A DNA stretch of 41,214 nt from Dehalococcoidia bacterium (GCA_022451885.1 JAKUNN010000029.1:1-41214); one strand, 5' to 3'. Numbered from the stretch's first letter, positions 8,511-18,660 are shown. The notes: generated by a model from the letters alone, not told the origin. Numbers and translations: made by a program.

Positions 8511-11228
8511 TTAACGTAAGGCAGCCTGAGCAGCAGCCAACCGCGCTATCAAAACACGATACGGCGAACAAGAGACATAATCCAAACCTAAATTATGCCC
8601 GAAATCAATTGACTTTGGATCTCCACCATGCTCACCACAAATACCCAGTTTAATTGCAGGCTTCACACTACGACCCCGTTCAACTGCAATTTCCATAAGC
8701 TGCCCAACACCCTGAGTATCTAATGTTACGAATGGATCAGCTTCCAACACTTCCTTCCTCACATACTCAGGAAGGAATCTGCCCGCATCATCTCGAGAAA
8801 CACCTAGCGTTGTTTGCGTCAAATCATTCGTTCCAAATGAGAAAAATTCTGCATGTTCGGCAATTTGATCAGCAACAACACACGCACGAGGCAATTCAAT
8901 CATGGTACCTACGGAGTAAGCGACTTTCACTCCTTTTTTAGCTATTACAGCTTCAGCAGTATTTACAACAAGATCACGGATTTGCTCTAATTCCTGCGGC
9001 ATCCCCACTAATGGAATCATTATTTCAGGACGCGCATCAACCCCTTCATCTACTAAAATACAAGCAGCTTCGATAATAGCCTGAGTTTGTACCTCGTAGA
9101 TTTCCGGATAGGTTACCGCCAACCTTACGCCACGATGCCCAAGCATAGGATTAAACTCATGCAACTGCGTAATTCGTTGTAAAACAACATCGGGACTTAC
9201 TGTTAAAGCATCAGAAACACGCTTAATTTCCTCTTCTCCTTGCGGAAGAAATTCATGCAAAGGAGGATCCAATAACCTGATAGTGACCGGTAAACCAGCC
9301 ATCGCGCGAAGGATACCTAGGAAATCTTGCCTTTGAACTGGCAAAATTTCCTCTAGTGCTTCACGACGACTGCTCTCATCCCCCGCAAGAATCATTCTAC
9401 GAACGGCTAAAATTCGATCATCTCCGAAAAACATATGTTCAGTCCTGCACAAACCAATTCCTTCTGCCCCAAATTCACGTGCAAGTTCAGCATCTTCAGG
9501 AGTATCAGCATTAGCTCGAATACCTAGCCGGCGATCACGATCAGCCCATACCATCATTCGTTCAAATGTTTCAGGTAATACAGAATCTACTAACGGAACT
9601 GCGCCCAGCATCACCTCACCTGTAGAACCATCAATTGAAATCACATCACCTCGCTTTAGGGTCTGTACAGAACTATTGTCCAAAATGTTAACGGTACCTT
9701 CTGTGCTATCTATTACTAAAGAACCACACCCAGCTATACAAGGCTTTCCCCATCCACGTGCAACCACTGCGGCATGTGAGGTCATACCACCTCGAGCAGT
9801 CAGAATACCTTTTGCAGCTAACATTCCCTGAATGTCTTCAGGACTAGTTTCTGTACGTACCAAAATTACCTCTTCACCACGTTCCATCCACTCAGATGCT
9901 TCTTTGGCAGTAAAAACTACTTTCCCAACAGCTGCGCCAGGGGAAGCCGGTAAACCAGTAGCGATAACTTTTCGCGGAGCGTCAGGATCTAAAATTGGAT
10001 GAAGAAGCTCTGAAATTTGTTCTGGATCTTGCCGTAATAATGCCTCTGCCTCAGTAATCATGCCCTGGTCAACTAAATCAACGGCAACATTAACCATTGC
10101 CGGACCTGTACGTTTCCCATTTCTAGTTTGTAAAACCCACAATTTATTTTGTTGCACAGTAAATTCTATATCTTGCATGTCTTTAAAATGTGACTCTAGT
10201 AAATCACTTGCGTCTAGCAATTCATTAAAAACTTTAGGTTGAACGTCCTCTAGTGAAACCTCACCTTCTTTACTTCCAAACTTACTAATCGGTTGAGGTG
10301 TCCTTACTCCAGCAACTATGTCTTCGCCTTGCGCATTCGTCAGGAATTCTCCAAAAATTGCGCGTTCTCCAGTCTTTGGATTTCTCGTAAATGCCACACC
10401 CGTAGCACAATCATCACCTAAATTCCCAAAAACCATAGCCTGCACATTCACAGCCGTACCCCAATCATTTGAGAAACCGTTCAGTTCACGATAAATCACT
10501 GCACGCTCACTATTCCAAGAGGCAAAAACTGCACCGATCGCCGACCACAACTGTTCCCAAGGATCTGTCGGGAAAATAACATTTAATTTTTCAGAAATTT
10601 CAGATTTAAATGCACTTACTAATTCCTTTAGAGCTTCTACTGGTAAATCTGGATCCTCACTAATTCCTAATGCTTCCTTCTTTTGTTCTAGTAACAATTC
10701 AAATGGATCACGTTCCAAACCTGCTTCTTGCCGAATATTTAATACCACATCCCCATACATCGAAATAAAACGACGATACGAGTCATAAGCAAAACGAGGA
10801 TCATTTGAGCGTTCAGCTAATCCCTCTACGGTTATATCATTTAGACCAAAATTTAAAACTGTATCCATCATCCCGGGCATTGAAACACGCGCCCCTGAAC
10901 GCACTGAAACTAGCAATGGATTATCTGGATCTCCAAATTTTGCACCTGTTACTGCTTCAACGTGCTGAATCCCAGACAAAACTTGTTCTTTTAAGTTTTC
11001 AGGATAGCTACTATCTAAATCGTAATAAGCGGTACAAACATCTGTGGTAATTGTAAAGCCTGGAGGTACGGGTAACCCTAAATTACTCATTTCTGCGAGC
11101 CCTGCACCTTTTCCTCCAAGCAGATCACGCATCCCCGTGCTGCCTTCAGCACGACCATCTCCAAATTCATATACCAATTTTTCAGGTAATCCATTTCCTT
11201 TAGTTTCCGCAACTTTTGGCGACGTCAT
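8511..11228 (-). CDS. ppdK: Pyruvate, phosphate dikinase
   Basis: 905 aa. LVYEFGDG N-terminus, phosphohistidine loop GGMTSHAAVVARGWG, and a PEP-utilising C-terminal TIM domain (GLCRTEHMFF, SFGTNDLTQ). GAGGAG lies 7 nt upstream of the ATG. Confidence 0.95.
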   Translation of the reverse strand: MTSPKVAETKGNGLPEKLVYEFGDGRAEGSTGMRDLLGGKGAGLAEMSNLGLPVPPGFTITTDVCTAYYDLDSSYPENLKEQVLSGIQHVEAVTGAKFGDPDNPLLVSVRSGARVSMPGMMDTVLNFGLNDITVEGLAERSNDPRFAYDSYRRFISMYGDVVLNIRQEAGLERDPFELLLEQKKEALGISEDPDLPVEALKELVSAFKSEISEKLNVIFPTDPWEQLWSAIGAVFASWNSERAVIYRELNGFSNDWGTAVNVQAMVFGNLGDDCATGVAFTRNPKTGERAIFGEFLTNAQGEDIVAGVRTPQPISKFGSKEGEVSLEDVQPKVFNELLDASDLLESHFKDMQDIEFTVQQNKLWVLQTRNGKRTGPAMVNVAVDLVDQGMITEAEALLRQDPEQISELLHPILDPDAPRKVIATGLPASPGAAVGKVVFTAKEASEWMERGEEVILVRTETSPEDIQGMLAAKGILTARGGMTSHAAVVARGWGKPCIAGCGSLVIDSTEGTVNILDNSSVQTLKRGDVISIDGSTGEVMLGAVPLVDSVLPETFERMMVWADRDRRLGIRANADTPEDAELAREFGAEGIGLCRTEHMFFGDDRILAVRRMILAGDESSRREALEEILPVQRQDFLGILRAMAGLPVTIRLLDPPLHEFLPQGEEEIKRVSDALTVSPDVVLQRITQLHEFNPMLGHRGVRLAVTYPEIYEVQTQAIIEAACILVDEGVDARPEIMIPLVGMPQELEQIRDLVVNTAEAVIAKKGVKVAYSVGTMIELPRACVVADQIAEHAEFFSFGTNDLTQTTLGVSRDDAGRFLPEYVRKEVLEADPFVTLDTQGVGQLMEIAVERGRSVKPAIKLGICGEHGGDPKSIDFGHNLGLDYVSCSPYRVLIARLAAAQAALR

Positions 11229-11398
11229 AACTTACTCCTCGGACAAAAAAGTACGCACGAAACATTGTACTACTGACATCGATTCAGGCATTCATAAACA
11301 AAGAATTTTTATTTTTGCTTTAAGTTATGCAGTTCTACTTAACTGTACGGAACGTTTTCGTTTCCACTTATCTCTTTTTCTAACAGGACTAACCTCAG

Positions 11399-13246
11399 TC
11401 ATTCCACTGTAACTGTCTTTGCTAAATTCCTTGGTTGATCTATTTCACACCCCCGCTCATAAGCGACGTAATAAGCTAGGCACTGCACAGCTATAGTCGC
11501 CACAAAAGGCTCCAAAAGTTCGGTGGTTTCGGGCATGAAGATTGCCTCATCAACAATTCCCTTTAGCTCATAATCACCTTCCGTTAAAAGAGCAAATACT
11601 TTTCCATTTCTTGCGAGAATTTGCTCGATATTACTACTCGTCTTAGTTCGTAAGGAATGTTTTCCAGCTAGTGCAAATGTAGGAAATGAATCATCAATAA
11701 GAGCAATTGGACCATGCTTCATTTCACCTGCTGGGTAACCTTCGGCATGTATGTACGACACTTCTTTCATTTTCAAAGCGCCTTCCAAAGCAATCGGTAA
11801 CGTGTTTCCTCTACCCAAAAAAAGGAAATGATCAAAAATAGATATCTTTTTAGCTAACACCTTTAAATTATCTAAATCTTGTAATTGTTCCTCAATCAAA
11901 GCTGGTACTCGAATTAAATCAAGCACATGTGCTTGGATTTCTTCTTGAGTTAAATGACCTTGTATTTCAGATAACCTAAGTGCCAAAAGATACAAAGCTG
12001 CGATTGAAGTTGTGAAAGTTTTTGTTGAAGCAACCCCTCGCTCAACACCTGCCCGTGTATAGATAACGCCATCAGCTACACGACTAGTCTGCGCATTGAC
12101 AGAATTACTGACTGTGATTTGTACAACACCTTTTTCTTTCGCAATATTCATAGCTTCTAAAACATCTACTGTTTCCCCTGATTGGCTAATTGAAACCAGC
12201 AAAGTTTCAGGAGGTAATGCAACTTGTCGGTTACGAAATTCCGAGGCATTGATTACATCTGTTGGAAGACCTGTCATCTTTTCGATATAACAACGCCCAA
12301 TCAAAGCTGCATGAAAGCTAGTTCCCATCCCCAGTAAAACAACATGTTTTATTTTTGATAGTGCTACATCTAAGCCTTGAATACCTTCAAGATTTAGATA
12401 CGTGGGATCTACACTAACTAGACTTTGAATCGTGTCAGATAATGCTTCAGGCTGATCCATAATTTCCTTCAACATTAAGTGCTCATACTGTCCCCGATGG
12501 ACACTCTCAATATCTTGCGATAGATCACTCACATCTAAGTTTATTTCGTCGCCATCCAGGCTAAATGCGGTGATAGTATTTTCAGTAATCTGAACAACTT
12601 GTCGATTAGCTAAATATGCAACCTTCTGCGTATGAGGAAGGAGAGCAACGACATCACTTGCAATCATCGCTTCATCTTTTTTAAATCCAATAACTAATCC
12701 ACCTGCATTACCTAACCGAACACCAACAATCACACCTGGTTCATATTGACTCATTGCTACAAAGGATTGGGATCCTTCAAGGAGACTACACACCTGGGAT
12801 ACTGCATTTTTTAGTGACAACCCTTTACTAATATGCTCCTCGAGCAAATGAGCTATAACCTCACTGTCGGTTTCACTTAAAATATTGCGCCCACGACTTT
12901 TTAACTCAAAACGCAAAGAATTATGATTTTCAACAATACCATTATGTGCCACGACAACTGACCCAGAATAGCTCGTATGTGGATGGGCGTTCATATCACT
13001 TGGAGCCCCATGAGTTGCCCAACGGGTATGGCCTATTCCTGAAAAGGAATCTGGGAGAGGAACCTCCTGCATATAATTTTCCAGGTCAGAAAGTTTCCCT
13101 TTTTTTCTAGCTATCGAAATAGGTTTCGAACCATCAATAACGGCAATACCAGCCGAATCATACCCACGATACTCAAGACTTTTTAAAGCTTCCAAAATTA
13201 CCGGTGTTGCAGATTGTTTACCCGTATACCCAAAAATCCCACACAT
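11399..13246 (-). CDS. glmS: Glutamine--fructose-6-phosphate aminotransferase (isomerising)
   Basis: MCGIFGY N-terminal nucleophile, two SIS domains (SQSGETVD), and a C-terminal ...KTVTVE. Confidence 0.95.
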   Translation of the reverse strand: MCGIFGYTGKQSATPVILEALKSLEYRGYDSAGIAVIDGSKPISIARKKGKLSDLENYMQEVPLPDSFSGIGHTRWATHGAPSDMNAHPHTSYSGSVVVAHNGIVENHNSLRFELKSRGRNILSETDSEVIAHLLEEHISKGLSLKNAVSQVCSLLEGSQSFVAMSQYEPGVIVGVRLGNAGGLVIGFKKDEAMIASDVVALLPHTQKVAYLANRQVVQITENTITAFSLDGDEINLDVSDLSQDIESVHRGQYEHLMLKEIMDQPEALSDTIQSLVSVDPTYLNLEGIQGLDVALSKIKHVVLLGMGTSFHAALIGRCYIEKMTGLPTDVINASEFRNRQVALPPETLLVSISQSGETVDVLEAMNIAKEKGVVQITVSNSVNAQTSRVADGVIYTRAGVERGVASTKTFTTSIAALYLLALRLSEIQGHLTQEEIQAHVLDLIRVPALIEEQLQDLDNLKVLAKKISIFDHFLFLGRGNTLPIALEGALKMKEVSYIHAEGYPAGEMKHGPIALIDDSFPTFALAGKHSLRTKTSSNIEQILARNGKVFALLTEGDYELKGIVDEAIFMPETTELLEPFVATIAVQCLAYYVAYERGCEIDQPRNLAKTVTVE

Positions 13247-13311
13247 CGATAACTACTCTCTACAATTCATTCTTGGCATTTGGCAAGCATAAAAGACAAA
13301 CATACTAATTT

Positions 13312-13611
13312 CTAAGACTCCATCCTCGGTATATTGGCTAAAGCAAGAAATTCATCCTCCCACGATAGAACAGCTCCTATCATTGCAGAATCAAGCATTT
13401 TTGTAGCATCTTCACCAGTTAAATCCACAATTCCAGCAATAATAACTTCACTGGACTCACCTTGAATACCAAGCTTTCTCTCATTTGTGAGTATAAATTC
13501 TATTAATTCTCCCTGAATAAAAATACCTTCTTCTTGTAATTGATCCCATATCCAGGATGCGCACTCAGTAAAAAGAGCCCCTTGCAAACGTCCGTTTAAA
13601 CCATCAGTCAT
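13312..13611 (-). CDS. Hypothetical small acidic protein (99 aa)
   Basis: The only long ORF in the 376-nt space between nfo and glmS, on the same strand as its neighbours. No recognisable motif, and only a weak, closely spaced GAAGG before the ATG. Confidence 0.4.
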   Translation of the reverse strand: MTDGLNGRLQGALFTECASWIWDQLQEEGIFIQGELIEFILTNERKLGIQGESSEVIIAGIVDLTGEDATKMLDSAMIGAVLSWEDEFLALANIPRMES

Positions 13612-13622
13612 AGCCTTCGCAA

Positions 13623-14471
13623 TTAAGCTACCTCATCCCGAATACGTTTTAATCGCCCCACATTCTCTAGATCGGGACCTTCTTTTTGTAAACCTGGTAC
13701 TTCAAGAAGAAACGGTACTTGAGAAAACGCTGGGTGGGACATCACTGATCTAAAGCCATCATACCCCAAATAACCATCACCAATGTTCTCATGGCGATCA
13801 CGTCCACTTTGTAAAGGGGTTTTACTATCATTTGCATGTACTGCAACTAAACGCTCAAGACCAATCTCTTTTTGAAACTCATCCATCACAGAAGCACAAC
13901 CATCAGGCGTGCTTATATCATAACCAGCCGAAAACAAATGGCATGTATCTAAACAAACAGCAATTCTTGGATGTTGATCACAACGATCTAATAATGAACC
14001 TATTTCTGAAAATCTAGAACCAACAGTATTACCACCACCTGCACTATTTTCTATGATTAATTTTGCGTCGTTATCACTACTATCTAAAACTTCAACCATA
14101 GCTCGACAAATTTGGTCTTTCATTTCATCAAAACCAACCCCTTTATGACTACCTAAGTGAAAAATTGTTCCTATAACTCCCAACTTTCCAGCCCAATCCA
14201 TATAATTCCGGAGCGAATCTTTTGATTTTTCCAAATGTTCAGAATCCTGCGTTGCAAGGTTGATCAAATAAATACCATGAAAAAAGAGTGGGATATCATT
14301 ACTAGATTTAATTTTGTAGAACTTGTCTAATGATTCTTCTTTGACTACCGGAGCTCGCCAATTAGTGCGCCCCGAAATAAACATCTGGATTGCCTCTGCT
14401 TCAATTTCTTCAGCACGTTGAAAAATATTGTGTACACCACCAGCAGTTGAAATATGTGCACCGATTTTCAT
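13623..14471 (-). CDS. nfo: Deoxyribonuclease IV (endonuclease IV, AP endonuclease family 2)
   Basis: MKIGAHIS...GG start, with metal-ligand motifs (HGIYLINL, HLGSH, CLDTCH, HANDS). GAGGGA lies 4 nt upstream of ATG 14471. The longest ORF extends to 14498. Confidence 0.9.
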   Translation of the reverse strand: MKIGAHISTAGGVHNIFQRAEEIEAEAIQMFISGRTNWRAPVVKEESLDKFYKIKSSNDIPLFFHGIYLINLATQDSEHLEKSKDSLRNYMDWAGKLGVIGTIFHLGSHKGVGFDEMKDQICRAMVEVLDSSDNDAKLIIENSAGGGNTVGSRFSEIGSLLDRCDQHPRIAVCLDTCHLFSAGYDISTPDGCASVMDEFQKEIGLERLVAVHANDSKTPLQSGRDRHENIGDGYLGYDGFRSVMSHPAFSQVPFLLEVPGLQKEGPDLENVGRLKRIRDEVA

Positions 14472-14538
14472 AAAATCCCTCATAGCCAGAATAGGCAATT
14501 ATCAACAATACGTGTAGTCTGGTGAATAGGAGAATACC

Positions 14539-14754
14539 ATGGGTAAAAAACATGTATTAGACATAACTGGTATGACTTGCGAGCACTGTGTCAAGGCAGT
14601 ATCAAACTCAACACTAGAGGTTTCGGGTGTTTCTGAAGTTCACGTAGATTTAGAGAGTAATACGGCAGAAATTTCAGGGGAAAATTTCCGAATTGAAGAT
14701 GTAATTGAAGCAATCAGTGAAGAAGGATATCAAGCAACATTAGCAACCAAGTAA
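14539..14754 (+). CDS. copZ: Heavy-metal-associated (HMA) copper chaperone-like domain protein, 71 aa
   Basis: GMTCEHC metal-binding loop and a complete beta-alpha-beta-beta-alpha-beta length, ending at GYQATL. AGGAGA lies upstream of the ATG. Confidence 0.8.
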   Translation: MGKKHVLDITGMTCEHCVKAVSNSTLEVSGVSEVHVDLESNTAEISGENFRIEDVIEAISEEGYQATLATK

Positions 14755-14798
14755 CGCCTAGGACCTTCCAAGATACCGTTACCTTAAAAATTGATGGC

Positions 14799-17084
14799 AT
14801 GACATGTGCTTCTTGTGTAAGACGAGTCGAAAGAGCACTTTCAAAAGTCGAGGGCGTTGAAACTGCAAGTGTGAGTTTTGCCTCTGAAACGGCCCGTATC
14901 ACACTCACTAAATTGATAGACAACAAGTCACTTACTACCGCAATAAAAAAAGCAGGGTATAACGCAACAGAATCAGAAACTTACGCCCAGCTTCCACTTA
15001 GTAAAATACGCCTAATAACACTAGTAGCAGGCATTATATTAGCCATTCTCACTTCTATTTTTGCGATGGCTTTGGACTTGGCAGAACTATCAATTTTAGG
15101 ATCTTTCAGCTCAACAAGTTGGTTAATTTTAATTCTAGCCGCAGTAGTTCAGGTGGTCTTAGGTTCACAATTTTATTTAAGTGCTATCAAAAGCTTTCGC
15201 ACCTTTAATCCCAACATGGATGTTTTAATTGTCCTTGGCACCTCGATTGCATTTGGATATAGCGCTTGGGTAGTCACAACAAACCAAGACATGCATATGT
15301 ACTTCGATGTAAGCTGCGCAATTTTAGTTTTTGTCAGTCTTGGAAGGTACTTTGAAAAGAATGCCAAAAAAATTATGAGTGATATCAGTCAAGCCTTATT
15401 AAGTTTTGTCGACAAAGAAGCTCTTCTATTACGCAATGGGGTAGAAGAAAAAATACCTATAGCAAACGTTTCGAAAGGAGATAATCTACTGGTAAAACCT
15501 GGTTCCCGTATCCCCGTAGATGGAATTATTCGCGATGGTTATACAAGTGTTGACGAATCGCTATTGACCGGAGAGCCTTTTTCTATTGAACGTGGACCAG
15601 GGGAAAAGGTCATTTCTGGATCAATTAATCAGTTTGGCGCCATTGAAGTAGAAGCCACAGCAGTCGGAAGTGATTCAACTGCGCAACGCATTAAATTTTT
15701 AATAGAAGAAGCACTAAGCTCAAAAGCAAATATTCAGGCAATAGTTGATAAGGTAGCCGCAATCTTCATACCAATTGTAATCACCTTAGCAATCGTTGTT
15801 ACCTTAAGTTGGGGAGTCGGAAGCGATGCTTGGTCAGATGCCCTTGTTTACGGTATTGCAGTCTTGATAATTGCATGTCCTTGTGCATTAGGCCTAGCTA
15901 CCCCTACCGCAATCCTTGTGGGTAACAGCGTTGCCACATCCAAAGGTATCTTGATACGAAATGCAGAAACTTTTGAAACAGCAAAAAATCTAGATATCGT
16001 TTTGATTGATAAAACTGGAACACTTACAGAAGGAAGGCCGATCCTCACTCACGTGAATCCCTCAGAAGACTGGGATGAATCAACATTTTTATCACTGCTA
16101 GCTTCGGCTGAAAGTCATAGTGAACACCCAATAAGCTATGCAATAGTAGAAGCCGCCGAATCAAGAAAACTTTCCTTGAAAAAAGTTCGGGGATTCGAAG
16201 CAATTCCAGGTCAAGGTATCCGCGCTATTGTTAATAACCAAAATATTATTGCTGGAACACGAGACTTTGTTGATAACAACATCGAACAACCGTTTAGTAG
16301 GAAGAGAGAGAATATTTACATTCCTTCCAATGGGAGTTCAATATTTGTAGCTATTAATGGAAAATTCGCCGGCACAGTCTCTATCACAGACAGGCTAAGA
16401 GTAAGCGCACCTCAGGCAATTAAAAAATTGAAACAGCTCGGTCTCCGCCTTGTTCTTGTAACTGGAGATGGGTTTTCAGCAGCCCAGGCTGTCGCAGAAG
16501 AGTGTTCTATTGATGAAACTCATGCGAATGCACTTCCTGAAACAAAGCTCGAGCTTGTAAAAACATTTCAGGAAAATGGCTTAAAAGTTGCAGTTATTGG
16601 CGATGGAATAAACGATGCTCCCGCTTTAGCACAGGCAGACTTAGGGATCTCACTTAGTACGGGCGCAGATCTTGCAATTGAGACAAGTGGCATCACCATA
16701 CTTCACGGCGACATAAGTAAAGCTGCAGATGCTATATCAATCAGCAAAGGAACATTTAAAGTGATCCGTCAAAACCTTGCATGGGCATTTGGGTATAACC
16801 TTTTCGCCATTCCTATAGCAGCAGTTGGATTGCTAAATCCAATCATTGCAGGTGCTGCAATGGCAATTAGCTCTGTAAGTGTAATGGCTAACAGCCTGCG
16901 CTTATATGCAAAGGGAGACAATTTTGTACAAGTAAGCAAAGATGATTCTGCCCATTCTAAAGTTTCAAATTTACTTCGGAATAGCCCTAGCCGAGGACCA
17001 CTTATAGCCTTCTCTACAGCAGCCTTCGCACTACTTGTTCCCTATCTAATTTTTACAGGTATTTCAAATGAATGGTTTCTATAG
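14799..17084 (+). CDS. copA: Copper-translocating P1B-type ATPase; the 5' boundary is unresolved
   Basis: MTCASC HMA motif, CPC transmembrane motif (ACPCALGLATP), DKTGTLT phosphorylation site, SEHP, and GDGINDAPALA. The first ATG falls inside the HMA motif itself. The frame is open upstream from 14721 with no canonical start codon. Confidence 0.9.
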   Translation: MTCASCVRRVERALSKVEGVETASVSFASETARITLTKLIDNKSLTTAIKKAGYNATESETYAQLPLSKIRLITLVAGIILAILTSIFAMALDLAELSILGSFSSTSWLILILAAVVQVVLGSQFYLSAIKSFRTFNPNMDVLIVLGTSIAFGYSAWVVTTNQDMHMYFDVSCAILVFVSLGRYFEKNAKKIMSDISQALLSFVDKEALLLRNGVEEKIPIANVSKGDNLLVKPGSRIPVDGIIRDGYTSVDESLLTGEPFSIERGPGEKVISGSINQFGAIEVEATAVGSDSTAQRIKFLIEEALSSKANIQAIVDKVAAIFIPIVITLAIVVTLSWGVGSDAWSDALVYGIAVLIIACPCALGLATPTAILVGNSVATSKGILIRNAETFETAKNLDIVLIDKTGTLTEGRPILTHVNPSEDWDESTFLSLLASAESHSEHPISYAIVEAAESRKLSLKKVRGFEAIPGQGIRAIVNNQNIIAGTRDFVDNNIEQPFSRKRENIYIPSNGSSIFVAINGKFAGTVSITDRLRVSAPQAIKKLKQLGLRLVLVTGDGFSAAQAVAEECSIDETHANALPETKLELVKTFQENGLKVAVIGDGINDAPALAQADLGISLSTGADLAIETSGITILHGDISKAADAISISKGTFKVIRQNLAWAFGYNLFAIPIAAVGLLNPIIAGAAMAISSVSVMANSLRLYAKGDNFVQVSKDDSAHSKVSNLLRNSPSRGPLIAFSTAAFALLVPYLIFTGISNEWFL

Positions 17085-17126
17085 TTTAAAAAGATAACAA
17101 CCGATTCGAATGTTACAATCTGTTTG

Positions 17127-18296
17127 ATGTCTAATAACACACAATCACAAGAAAAAAATACTAGGCAAGTTAAAGTAGGTAACACCGTAATCGGTGGTGG
17201 CGCACCTATAGTCGTACAATCAATGGCGGCTACCAGAACGCAAGATCTTGAAGCGACTAAAAATCAAGTGAGCTTACTACAAAAGGCTGGGGCAGGACTT
17301 ATACGGATAGCTGTTGACAGTAAAAAGGATGTGGCTGCACTTGCAGAAATTCGAGGATTTGTTCCCGAGGCAAATCTAGTCGTTGACCTCCAGGAAAGCT
17401 ATCGGCTAGTCAAAGATGTGGCGCCGTATGTAGATAAAGTTAGATACAATCCTGGGCATTTATACCATCACGAGAAAACTAAACCTGTAGCAGATAAGGT
17501 TGCTTTTATAGCAGAAGAAGCTGCAAAACATGATTGCGCAATTCGCATAGGCGTTAATTGTGGCTCTGTTGATCCAGCAATAGCCGAACAATTTGAAGGA
17601 GCAGATGAGCCAGGCCTTGAAGGAGTTTCAGCAATGGTTGAAAGCGCTTTACAACACTGCTCACTGATTGAAAAAGCAGGTTTTACAAGATATGTCGTTT
17701 CCTTAAAAGATAGCGACCCCAAAAAGGTAATTGCCAGTAATGAACGATTTGCAAAGGTGCGGCCCGATGTGCCACTTCACTTGGGAGTTACTGAAGCTGG
17801 AATGCCACCCGATGGAATCATCAAAACAAGGATTGCTTTTGAACAACTGCTAACAAAAAATATTGGGGATACAGTACGAGTTTCGCTAACTCTTCCTTTC
17901 GAAGAAAAATGGAGAGAAATAGAATCAGGGAAAAGTATTATTTCTGATATTGAACAAGGGAAATTTCGTTCAGTCCCAGAATTCTTTGATGATGGACTTA
18001 ACATAATAAGTTGCCCCTCCTGTAGCAGAGTGGAGAATGAAGCATTTATAGAACTTGCCCAAGATGTGAAAACTATGACTGAATACGCAAAGGAATTTGA
18101 TATAACTATTGCAGTTATGGGTTGTCGGGTAAACGGACCAGGTGAAACAGATGATGCGGATCTAGGACTTTGGTGTGCACCTAATTTTGTGAATTTAAAA
18201 CGTGGTGAAAAAGAAGTTGGGGCTTTCCCATATGACGAGGTTTTAAGTCAGCTAAAAAACGAACTCGACATGATTATCGCAGAAAAAACCACATGA
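17127..18296 (+). CDS. ispG: 4-hydroxy-3-methylbut-2-enyl diphosphate synthase (MEP pathway)
   Basis: [20 protein letters not shown]-terminal signature and a C-terminal Fe-S Cys triad context (ISCPSCSR ... GCRVNGPGE). ATG 17127 immediately follows TTG 17124. Confidence 0.92.
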   Translation: MSNNTQSQEKNTRQVKVGNTVIGGGAPIVVQSMAATRTQDLEATKNQVSLLQKAGAGLIRIAVDSKKDVAALAEIRGFVPEANLVVDLQESYRLVKDVAPYVDKVRYNPGHLYHHEKTKPVADKVAFIAEEAAKHDCAIRIGVNCGSVDPAIAEQFEGADEPGLEGVSAMVESALQHCSLIEKAGFTRYVVSLKDSDPKKVIASNERFAKVRPDVPLHLGVTEAGMPPDGIIKTRIAFEQLLTKNIGDTVRVSLTLPFEEKWREIESGKSIISDIEQGKFRSVPEFFDDGLNIISCPSCSRVENEAFIELAQDVKTMTEYAKEFDITIAVMGCRVNGPGETDDADLGLWCAPNFVNLKRGEKEVGAFPYDEVLSQLKNELDMIIAEKTT

Positions 18297-18301
18297 TTTA
18301 A

Positions 18302-18660
18302 TGGTGGAGACGCGGGAGAATTGAACTCCCGGTCCAGAGAGATTCGACGTCAAATTATCCTACAGGCATACTCGTCACTTAATCTTATCGAACACCCGGC
18401 GACGAGCCCGGGGAAGAACGACCAGCCGAAAAGTCTTGAGTGAGCAGTATCGGCGTCAGCTCACAGCATCTCGACTAAATGGCGCCCCAACCGTGCCCCA
18501 TCGAGAAGAGGGCGTTCGGCGGGACGCTCACAGCTTAAGCTGCGAGAGCGAGTTGGCGATTTTCGGCGCTTACTCGTTTAATCGCCTAATACACGAGGGT
18601 GGCGATCTACCCAGGCCTGCTACTTGGCTATCTAGCCTCCTGTCGACTCCTTTCGTCCCC
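18302..18660 (-). ncRNA. ssrA: tmRNA (SsrA), one-piece, about 359 nt, encoding the tag AENRQLALAA
   Basis: Minus-strand 5' end GGGGACGAAAGGAGTCGAC. The 3' end is CGGGAG-TTCAATT-CTCCCG (T-arm) followed by CGTCTCCACCA. The acceptor stem pairs 5' GGGGACG with 3' CGUCUCC, including the G3:U pair. Internal reading frame GCC GAA AAT CGC CAA CTC GCT CTC GCA GCT TAA lies at 18567-18535. The region is a GC-rich island in an AT-rich context and sits directly downstream of smpB. Confidence 0.93.

Noticed and set aside
11229-11398. Hairpin GGAAACG-AAAA-CGTTCC downstream of glmS as an intrinsic terminator
   Set aside because: The stem is only 6 bp with a bulge, and no U-tract follows it. I cannot support it as a terminator.
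13247-13622. Possible glmS ribozyme upstream of glmS
   Set aside because: I read the minus strand of the whole spacer and found no AGCGCC-type cleavage-site or core sequences. The immediate 5' UTR is only 65 nt and the rest is an open reading frame.
14499-14538. CopY/CsoR-type operator in the nfo-copZ divergent spacer (TACGTGTA)
   Set aside because: It is an 8-nt partial resemblance to the 10-nt TACAnnTGTA box. It is not a true palindrome, and no cognate repressor gene is in the window.
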